Positions 56,230 through 64,000 of a stretch of DNA of 64,000 nt are shown one piece after another. How positions within the stretch are numbered: position 1 is the first letter of the stretch; every line of letters starts with the position of its first letter. Position numbers and translations under genes: made by a program. Source of the DNA: Geobacteraceae bacterium (GTDB lineage Bacteria; Desulfobacterota; Desulfuromonadia; Geobacterales; Geobacteraceae); NCBI GenBank assembly GCA_028683555.1, contig JAQUHN010000002.1, positions 1,233 through 65,232 on the forward strand, read 5' to 3'. The notes below the pieces were generated by a model. That model was not told where the DNA came from and did not search any database. It saw nothing but the letters and a program-made list of their open reading frames with translations.

Positions 56230-58329
56230 TCAGGTTCTTTCCCTGCGCAGCAGCCTGGATGAGTTCGCCAGTATCCCGATGTCGGGCAGGGACTGGAGTG
56301 CGGCCGCCAAGGGTAGGGGAAGGAGGCCTGCGGCAGCGAGTAAAATACCAACAGTATTATATATCCCGGTAAAAACCAGGTTCAGTTTTACGACACCAAG
56401 GGTTCGTTCTGCCTGGCGAAAGAGCCCGGGAACGAGCAGCCAGTCTTCTTTCAGCAACGCGATATGAGCGGCATCGATTGCCACATCGCTGCCGGCTGCT
56501 CCCATGGCAATTCCCGTGTCGGCCTGGGCCAGGGCCGGAGCATCGTTCACGCCGTCGCCGATCATGGTAACCGTGTGTCCTCGGGATTGGTAGTCCCGAA
56601 CGATAGCGATCTTGTCCTCGGGCAGGAGATTTGCCCGATAGGCAATTGTCAAGTGCCCGGCAACAGCTGCGGCAGCAGCTTCGTTATCTCCGGTCAACAG
56701 TTCGATTCGCTTTGTTTTTCCTCTGCGGAGCTGGGCGATTGCTTCCGGTACTTCGGGGCGGAGCGTGTCGGTGGCAGCCAGGATGCCGCAGGGGTGCCCT
56801 TCCCGGAGGATGCAGAGCACGGTCTTGCCTTGTTGCTCAAAGGCGCGGATGGTTTCCGCGGGAAACAGACCGGGGAACATGCGGGGGGCGCCGATCTCAA
56901 TCATGGCACCGGAAATTGTTGCTCGGATTCCCCTTCCGGGCAGGGCTTCGAAGGACGCGGGAACCTGCAGCGGGTATTGCCGCGCATGTGCCGCTTCGCG
57001 CACCGCTTCACCGAGCGGGTGTTCCGAATACCTTTCGGCAGAGGCTGCTAAGGTCAGAAGTTCTGCTACGGACAGGTTGTCCAGCGGAACGATATCGGTG
57101 ATGGAGGGGCGGCCTAACGTAAGGGTTCCGGTCTTGTCGATGAGGAGAATATCGGTCCGGGCAAGGGTTTCAAGATATTTCCCCCCTTTGATGAGGATTC
57201 CGTTTCGGGCTGCCGCACCAATGGATGCGATCATTGCCATCGGCGTGGCAAGGGCGATCGAGCATGAACAGACCACTACGAGGACGGCGGCTGCGGCAAG
57301 CGGATCACGGCTGTATAGATAGGTGCCGGCGGCAACGAGAACGATGACCGGCAGCAGGCGCGCTGAGAATCGATCGGCGAACTGCTGCATGGATCCCTTG
57401 CGGGCTTCGGCCTCTTCCACCAGGCGGACCACCCGGCCGAAGACGGTTGTTTCTCCCGTGTGCGTGGCCCTGATGCGGCAACTGCCGAGGGTCGCAAGGG
57501 TGGCTGCGTAGACTCGGGCGCCGGGTCCGGCTTCCACCGGTAGTGACTCGCCGGTGATGGTCGCCTGATTGATGGTTGCCAGGCCGGAGATTACCTCACC
57601 GTCGACCGGTATGCTCTCTCCAGGGCGGACCACGACAGTTTCACCGATCTCCACCTGTGACGCAGGTACCTCAAGCTCTTTGCCGTTCCGTTCCACACGG
57701 GCCATGGCAGGCACCATTGCTGAAAGACCGCTGACTGCACGGCGGGCGTGCTCGGCCGTGAACTTTTCCACCATGTCCCCTACCCTCATGAAAAATACCA
57801 CGATCATTGCCGCTGACCATTCGCTAACGGCAATCGCCGCGAGCATGCCGACGGTCATAAGGGTGTGGGAGATTATCCGGCCATGACGTGCAGCCCGGAG
57901 CACATTCTGCAGGACCGGCCAACCGACGAACAGAATGATCGTCAGCCAAATATACCAGGGCAGGCCGTGAGTAAGTCTGGAGAAAAGTCCCAGCCATTCG
58001 CCGACCAGCACGACGGTGAGAACAATGCCGCAAACAAAGCCGAACAGGGTAACAAGTCGGCGGCTCATCGAGCGGAGATGCTGCAGTCCTGACTCATTGT
58101 GTGTCGTTTTGCCGGAAACGGCATGGCCGGATGCTTCAACGGCCTTGCGAATGGCATCGGCTGTAATCAGGGATGAATCAAAGCGGACGTTTATTCTGCC
58201 TGCCGCGGTCAGAACCTCGACTGACCCTATTCCGGCAAGTTTCTGGATCGAGTTGTGGAGGGAACGGGCGCATTGCGCACAGTCAATGCCCTGCACCGGG
58301 ATGGTTATTGTTCTGGTTTTTGTGCTCAT
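56230..58329 (-). CDS. heavy-metal P1B-type ATPase with an atypical CSC transmembrane motif
   Basis: N-terminal HMA ITIPVQGIDCAQCARSL. DKTGTLT. GDGVNDAPAL. The TM6 position reads VVVCSCSIALATP instead of CPC. ATG 58329 overlaps the CDF stop (ATGA). Confidence 0.9.
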   Translation of the reverse strand: MSTKTRTITIPVQGIDCAQCARSLHNSIQKLAGIGSVEVLTAAGRINVRFDSSLITADAIRKAVEASGHAVSGKTTHNESGLQHLRSMSRRLVTLFGFVCGIVLTVVLVGEWLGLFSRLTHGLPWYIWLTIILFVGWPVLQNVLRAARHGRIISHTLMTVGMLAAIAVSEWSAAMIVVFFMRVGDMVEKFTAEHARRAVSGLSAMVPAMARVERNGKELEVPASQVEIGETVVVRPGESIPVDGEVISGLATINQATITGESLPVEAGPGARVYAATLATLGSCRIRATHTGETTVFGRVVRLVEEAEARKGSMQQFADRFSARLLPVIVLVAAGTYLYSRDPLAAAAVLVVVCSCSIALATPMAMIASIGAAARNGILIKGGKYLETLARTDILLIDKTGTLTLGRPSITDIVPLDNLSVAELLTLAASAERYSEHPLGEAVREAAHARQYPLQVPASFEALPGRGIRATISGAMIEIGAPRMFPGLFPAETIRAFEQQGKTVLCILREGHPCGILAATDTLRPEVPEAIAQLRRGKTKRIELLTGDNEAAAAAVAGHLTIAYRANLLPEDKIAIVRDYQSRGHTVTMIGDGVNDAPALAQADTGIAMGAAGSDVAIDAAHIALLKEDWLLVPGLFRQAERTLGVVKLNLVFTGIYNTVGILLAAAGLLPLPLAAALQSLPDIGILANSSRLLRRERT

Positions 58330-59267
58330 CGGGTCCTTTTGGCATCTTCGTTGTCGCGTGAACAGGATAGACACGGTTCCAGGGCTTTGCTGCAGGGGTC
58401 CACATGGATGATGACCTGGGTGTTCGGCAGTGCCTGCCTAATCTCCTGTTCGATGGTGTCGCTCACCTTATGCGCTTCTTCGATTGACCACTTTCTGGGT
58501 ACCACGAGGTGCATATCAATGAACCTGATGGAGCCCGATTTTCTGCTTCTTAGTCGATGAAAATTGATGCAACTCCCCTCATGGCCGGAGAGTACCTCGC
58601 GTATTTTAGCTTCATCTTCCGCCGGTAGTCTCACATCGAAGATGTCGCCCATGGCTTTGATGGTCAGTTGAATGGAAGACTTGATAATCAGCAGGGCAAC
58701 GGCGATTGCTGCGACGGAGTCGAGAATCGTTATTTTTGTGACGGCAATCAGGCCCAAACCGACCAGTACCCCGAGCGAGGTGTAGACATCGGCCCGCAGG
58801 TGCCAGGCATCGGCCTCCAAGGCAACCGAACTGGTTTTTCTGGCAACCGAAAAGAGATAGCGCGCAACGAACCAGTTGACCAGTGCCGATACCGCCATTA
58901 CCGCTGTTCCCAGCCCCAGGTGCTCGATTTCCGAACCCTGTATGAGACGGCTTACCGCTTCATAGATGATGTAAACGGCGGCAGCCAGGATCAGAAGCGC
59001 TTCCACGACTCCGGAGACATTTTCCCATTTGCCGTGTCCGTACGGGTGACGTTCATCGGCGGGCATTCCGGATTTACCTACCGCATAGTAGGCGATGATT
59101 GAGGCAAGCAGGTCAAGACCGCTGTGGATTGCTTCAGAGAGGACCGCGACCGAGCCCATCAGGATGCCGACAACAAGTTTTATGCTGACCAGCAGGGAAT
59201 TGGATAGGACAGAAATCCTGGCAGCCCTGATCTTTTCCCTTTGATCGTTCTCTTCAATTGCTTTCAT
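58326..59267 (-). CDS. cation diffusion facilitator (CDF) transporter
   Basis: SNSLLVSIKLVVGILMGSVAVLSEAIHSGLDLLAS...HPYGHGKWE...LRADVYTSLGVL. Confidence 0.9.
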   Translation of the reverse strand: MKAIEENDQREKIRAARISVLSNSLLVSIKLVVGILMGSVAVLSEAIHSGLDLLASIIAYYAVGKSGMPADERHPYGHGKWENVSGVVEALLILAAAVYIIYEAVSRLIQGSEIEHLGLGTAVMAVSALVNWFVARYLFSVARKTSSVALEADAWHLRADVYTSLGVLVGLGLIAVTKITILDSVAAIAVALLIIKSSIQLTIKAMGDIFDVRLPAEDEAKIREVLSGHEGSCINFHRLRSRKSGSIRFIDMHLVVPRKWSIEEAHKVSDTIEQEIRQALPNTQVIIHVDPCSKALEPCLSCSRDNEDAKRTR

Positions 59268-59586
59268 TGGGTGATAAGTTTCCTTGCAGAGGAAGGTTTT
59301 CTCTTCTCTAGTGCTCGTGGTTCCGGAAAATTTCGGTGCTAACGGTACAGAATATCAGAACCTGCCCCCTTCGGACAATGCAAAATGCATGTGAGGGCAT
59401 GACGGATACCGAAAAGCTATTTAGCGATTTTTATCCATGGAAAATAGTTAGAAAATTATTAATAAATAATTCATTTTACTGCTGTCATACTGATTGACTG
59501 GCGAGTAGTGTTTTTGGTACCTTGAAACGGTGTAATCAGGCACTGTGATGCAATCTTTTACCTAACAATCCGGAAGGTACATTTTC

Positions 59587-59961
59587 ATGGCAAAAAAATT
59601 TCTGTTGGTCGATGACTCTCCCATTTCCCGCAAGATGCTGAAAAGCTGTATTCCCGTCGAAGGCGTGGCGGAATTCCTCGAGGCGGGAGATGGTCTGAAA
59701 GGGTTGAACGTCTTCAAGGAAGCATCGCCGGACATTACTTTTCTCGACCTCACCATGCCGGTGATGGACGGTGTACAGGCTTTGGAAGAGATGAAAAAGC
59801 ATGATCCGGATGCCGTGATTATCGTTGCAACAGCGGACATTCAGGCAAAATCTATTGAAAAGGTTATGGCTTTGGGTGCATTCCATGTGCTGAAGAAACC
59901 TCCTACGAAAGACAGTGTCAGGGAGATACTCCAGAAAGTGGATGAATACCGGAGAAGGTAA
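59587..59961 (+). CDS. CheY-like single-domain response regulator
   Basis: KKFLLVDDSPISRKML...ITFLDLTMPVMDG...VLKKP. Confidence 0.85.
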   Translation: MAKKFLLVDDSPISRKMLKSCIPVEGVAEFLEAGDGLKGLNVFKEASPDITFLDLTMPVMDGVQALEEMKKHDPDAVIIVATADIQAKSIEKVMALGAFHVLKKPPTKDSVREILQKVDEYRRR

Positions 59962-59962
59962 C

Positions 59963-60604
59963 ATGGAACAACAAGTCTGTCATGTCACGGAAGATGAAAA
60001 GGATATTCTTCAGGAGATAATGAATATCGCCTTTGGCAAGGCGGCTGCAGATCTTGCCGAAGTGATCAATATCTTTGTGGTATTGAACGTGCCGCGGATC
60101 CAGGTTTTAAAGGGAGCCGAGCTTTCCGGATATCTTCGTGAAGAAATCAGCGATTTCAGTGATCTCAGCATCATTGAGCAGAACTTCAGGGGCAAATTCC
60201 GGGGTAGTGCTTTTCTGGTTTTTCCCTCCGGAGCCGGGAAAGAGCTGGTTGCCATGCTTGATGCGGATCATGAAGAGACTTTTGAGTCGGGAACAATCGA
60301 TCTGCTGGAAAAGGAAAGCCTCATGGAAGTGGGGAATATTCTCATAGGGGCGTGTGTCGGCAAGATGTCGGAACTTCTCGGCGATGTGGTGACCTATTCT
60401 CCGCCGAAAGTGGTGGTTGAAAATCATCCTAACGAAATCATTCCCAACAATCTCTTTAACCCGGAATATACCGCAATTGTAATGAAGACGCTTTTCCAAT
60501 TCGATGACAGGAATATCAGCGGGTTTCTGTTTCTTGTGACAACCCATGACTCTGTAGCGTGGCTGCAGCAGTCCCTTGCCCGGTTCCTCGAGCAATATGA
60601 GTGA
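59963..60604 (+). CDS. CheC-family CheY-P phosphatase
   Basis: Two CheC active-site repeats: DILQEIMN-x22-P (exact D-x3-E-x2-N-x22-P) and ESLMEVGN-x22-P. Starts 1 nt after the cheY-like stop. Confidence 0.8.
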   Translation: MEQQVCHVTEDEKDILQEIMNIAFGKAAADLAEVINIFVVLNVPRIQVLKGAELSGYLREEISDFSDLSIIEQNFRGKFRGSAFLVFPSGAGKELVAMLDADHEETFESGTIDLLEKESLMEVGNILIGACVGKMSELLGDVVTYSPPKVVVENHPNEIIPNNLFNPEYTAIVMKTLFQFDDRNISGFLFLVTTHDSVAWLQQSLARFLEQYE

Positions 60605-61502
60605 GCTTTCGCAACTATTCGATACGGTCAATATCGGCCTGGTTATCCTCGACAGGGACCTGAAAGTAAAGTACTGGAACCGTTGGATGGAATATCACAG
60701 CGGTATTGCCGCGGAACGTATCATTGGCGCCTCCCTGTTTGCGCACTTTCCCAGCCTGAATACAAGAAAATTTCTTCGCAACTGTAAATCTGTCCTCACT
60801 TTTGGCAATTTTTCCTTCTTCTCCCAGAAACTTCATCACTATCTTTTTCCTTTCAGATCTGACAGTTCTTTCGAGTCGCGCTTCGAGTTTATGCAACAGA
60901 GTTGTGCTTTGGGTCCTTTGCGGGACGAGTCGAACACCATTACCGCGCTCTACCTGACAGTTCAGGATGTGACAGAGCTTGCCTCCTATGAGCATCGGTT
61001 GCTGGAAATGAATATGCGTGATGGACTTACCGGCGTTTATAACAGGAGATTCCTGGAAAAGCGCTTGGCGGAGGAATTCGACAGGCATGTCCGGTATGCA
61101 AGGAATTTCAGTGTCATCATGTTCGATATCGACTTTTTCAAGAAGGTAAATGACACCCATGGTCACCAGTGCGGAGATTTTATTCTGAAGGGTGTGTCCG
61201 GAAAGATCGCCGCAATGATCAGAAAAACCGATTTTCTGGCGCGCTACGGCGGTGAAGAATTCTGTTGTTTGCTGCCGGAAACGGATATCGCTGCCGCGAC
61301 AGTTCTTGCGGAGCGCTTCCGGCAAACCATTGCCGGGATGGTGCACTGCTATCAGAAGACCGAAATTATTGTAACGATCAGTTTGGGCGTTTCCGGACTG
61401 AGCGGCCAGTTCCCCTCTTCCGACGTTCTCCTCAAAAGGGCTGATGATGCCCTCTATGCAGCAAAGGGTTCCGGAAGGAACCGCGTTGTTGCCTTATCTT
61501 GA
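60597..61502 (+). CDS. PAS-GGDEF diguanylate cyclase
   Basis: 8-nt overlap with the cheC-like gene. PAS-like LFDTVNIGLVILDRDLKVKYWNRWMEYHSG. GGDEF domain with intact RYGGEEF. Confidence 0.85.
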   Translation: MSELSQLFDTVNIGLVILDRDLKVKYWNRWMEYHSGIAAERIIGASLFAHFPSLNTRKFLRNCKSVLTFGNFSFFSQKLHHYLFPFRSDSSFESRFEFMQQSCALGPLRDESNTITALYLTVQDVTELASYEHRLLEMNMRDGLTGVYNRRFLEKRLAEEFDRHVRYARNFSVIMFDIDFFKKVNDTHGHQCGDFILKGVSGKIAAMIRKTDFLARYGGEEFCCLLPETDIAAATVLAERFRQTIAGMVHCYQKTEIIVTISLGVSGLSGQFPSSDVLLKRADDALYAAKGSGRNRVVALS

Positions 61503-61529
61503 ACCAGTTCCTTCCGGCTGTGCTTTTTT
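61471..61529 (+). terminator. putative terminator of the cheY-cheC-GGDEF operon
   Basis: ccggaaggaac (61471-61481) / gttccttccgg (61507-61517), 11-bp stem spanning the stop codon, then ctgtgcTTTTTT. Confidence 0.55.
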
Positions 61530-61620
61530 GCTGACTAAATAATAATCAGTTGCCCGTTTCTTCGGCGTATACGGAGTGGTAAAACAATAAAAAACCTATG
61601 AAATAAGGCAGTTGTCACTT

Positions 61621-61636
61621 TGGCACAGCGAATGCA
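61621..61636 (+). promoter_or_regulatory. sigma54 (-24/-12) promoter upstream of nifH
   Basis: TGGCAC-agcga-aTGCA versus consensus TGGCAC-N5-TTGCA. Correct GG/GC spacing. 173 nt upstream of the nifH ATG. Confidence 0.7.
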
Positions 61637-61714
61637 TTCAATAAATCAAAATCGTTGATCAGAATTTTAAAACAGAAAATATGAATACGTTGCAGTATTC
61701 GAGAGAAGTCAGGC

Positions 61715-61752
61715 AAAGGCGCCGCCATTAACAAGAATGGGGTGCCTTTTTT
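61715..61752 (+). terminator. terminator-like hairpin inside the nifH leader
   Basis: aaaggcgcc / ggtgccttt (9 bp, one G-U pair, 17-nt loop) followed by a T run. It lies between the sigma54 promoter and the nifH Shine-Dalgarno. Confidence 0.5.
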
Positions 61753-61769
61753 GTTGCCCCGAAAATTAA

Positions 61770-62678
<909 letters not shown>

Positions 62679-62693
62679 GCCATTCAAAAACAT

Positions 62694-62738
62694 GGGCGCG
62701 GGTCTTGAAAAGTACGACAATAAGTCCGCGCCCTTTTT
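62694..62738 (+). other. stem-loop plus T-run in the nifH-nifD spacer
   Basis: gggcgcgg (62694-62701) / ccgcgccc (62726-62733) followed by TTTTT. Confidence 0.5.
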
Positions 62739-62833
62739 ATACCCTTTTTTCCAATAAATAAGCGGTGCAAGGCGCAAGGTGAGAGATGTCTTCTGATTCT
62801 GCGGCCTTGGCCCTTACGCAAAAGGAGTTATCA

Positions 62834-64000
62834 ATGTCAAGTACTGCGAAAAAAATAGAGGGAATCACGAAAGAGTCGACCCAGGAGATGATCGATAAGG
62901 CCCTGGAAGCATATCCAGAAAAGGGCAAGAAAAAGAGGGCGCCGCATCTGGCTCCCAACGAACCGAACAGCGGTTCCGCCTGCGTCAAGTCCAACCGTAA
63001 GACGGTGCCCGGTGTCATGAGTGCCCGCGGCTGCGCCTATGCCGGCGCCAAGGGGGTGGTCTGGGGCCCCATTCGTGACATGGTGCACGTATCCCACGGT
63101 CCGGTCGGTTGTGGCTGGTATTCATGGGGAACCAGGCGCAACATGATGACCGGTATCTGTGGTGTCAGCAACTTTGCCATGCAATTTACCTCCGACTTTC
63201 AGGAAAAAGACATCGTTTATGGCGGCGATAAGAAACTGAAACAGCTGTTGGGTGAGGTGACGGAACTGTTTCCGCTGGCCAAAGGAATTTCGGTCCTTTC
63301 CGAATGCCCGGTGGGTCTCATTGGCGACGATATCAATTCGGTGGCAAGAAAGTCGGCCGAGGAGCTGGATCTTCCCATCATTCCCTGCAACTGTGAAGGT
63401 TTTCGCGGTGTTTCCCAATCGCTGGGGCATCACATATCCAACGATACCATTCGTGACCACATCATTGGCACCCGCGAATTTGCCGAACCGGAGACACCGT
63501 ATGACATCGCTCTGATCGGGGAATACAACATCGGCGGTGATGCCTGGTCGGTCAAGCCGATGCTGGAGGAAATCGGTCTCAACGTCAAGGCGGTCTGGAC
63601 CGGCGACGGCCAACTGGAGCACATCGCAGCTACCCACAAAGTCAAGCTGAACCTGATCCACTGCTACCGCTCCATGAACTATATGTGCAAGGTCATGGAA
63701 GAAAAATATGGCATCCCCTGGTTGGAGATCAATTTTTTCGGTCCCACCAAAATCAAGCAGAGTCTGCGCAAAATTGCCGCCCTGTTCGACGATACCATCA
63801 AGGAGAACGTGGAAAAGGTCATCGCCAAGTACGATCCGATGATGCAGGCCGTAATCGACGAGTACCGCCCCCGTCTGGAAGGAAAGAAGGTCATGCTGTA
63901 CGTCGGTGGGCTTCGTCCCCGCCACACGGTGAATGCCTATGAGGAACTCGGTATGGCAGTGGTCGGCTCAGGCTACGAATTTGCTCACGGTGACGACTAT
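62834..64000 (+). CDS. nifD: nitrogenase MoFe protein alpha chain (5' part, continues beyond the window)
   Basis: Manual translation from ATG 62834 (AAAGGAG Shine-Dalgarno): [103 protein letters not shown]... Frame is open to position 64000. Not in the ORF track because it is truncated. Confidence 0.93.
   Translation, partial: MSSTAKKIEGITKESTQEMIDKALEAYPEKGKKKRAPHLAPNEPNSGSACVKSNRKTVPGVMSARGCAYAGAKGVVWGPIRDMVHVSHGPVGCGWYSWGTRRNMMTGICGVSNFAMQFTSDFQEKDIVYGGDKKLKQLLGEVTELFPLAKGISVLSECPVGLIGDDINSVARKSAEELDLPIIPCNCEGFRGVSQSLGHHISNDTIRDHIIGTREFAEPETPYDIALIGEYNIGGDAWSVKPMLEEIGLNVKAVWTGDGQLEHIAATHKVKLNLIHCYRSMNYMCKVMEEKYGIPWLEINFFGPTKIKQSLRKIAALFDDTIKENVEKVIAKYDPMMQAVIDEYRPRLEGKKVMLYVGGLRPRHTVNAYEELGMAVVGSGYEFAHGDDY

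Noticed and set aside
61613-61627. TGT-N9-ACA overlapping the nifH sigma54 promoter, considered as a NifA UAS
   Set aside because: The spacer is 9 nt, not 10, and the element overlaps the -24 element instead of lying 80-150 nt upstream.

Overview
64-kb chromosomal segment, mid-50s % GC by eye. The gene order (rpsB-tsf-pyrH-frr-uppS-cdsA-dxr-rseP-tsaB, then ilvD-ilvB-ilvN-ilvC-psd-pssA-leuA) matches what I recall for Geobacter/Desulfuromonas-type deltaproteobacteria; this is inference from memory, not a search. I call about 58 protein genes. I found no rRNA or tRNA genes, no CRISPR array and no recognisable mobile element. Layout: 1-21 kb holds envelope genes (LEA_2 lipoprotein, lytic transglycosylase, lptFG), translation and isoprenoid/phospholipid housekeeping genes, and a branched-chain amino-acid block ending in a Leu-type T-box leader before leuA. 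21-29 kb holds a ThiS/ThiF-like pair behind a 1191-aa GH13 enzyme, then fur-feoB-(zinc-ribbon ORF)-DtxR/FeoA. 29-38 kb holds a PAS hybrid kinase, REC-PilZ, a UPF0182 membrane protein and hsp20-hsp20-cbpA-cbpM. 38-44 kb holds a GAPDH-like gene behind a 1367-aa protein made of a novel N-terminal region plus the ATP-grasp and phospho-His domains of pyruvate phosphate dikinase, with no PEP/pyruvate barrel. 46-52 kb holds a FIST (NosP-like) sensor followed by a six-gene cassette of PATAN(DUF4388)/Roadblock, V4R-like and ParA/MinD-type proteins. 52-61 kb holds MscS, a Kv-type K+ channel, lipoproteins, a CDF plus an atypical P1B ATPase, and cheY-cheC-GGDEF. 61.6-64 kb holds a sigma54 promoter, a leader with a terminator-like hairpin, nifH and the 5' part of nifD. 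The best candidates for an undescribed system are the Roadblock/PATAN/V4R/ParA cassette (47.7-52.0 kb) and the truncated-PPDK-like/GAPDH-like pair (38.2-43.6 kb). All domain calls come from reading the translations; no searches were run.
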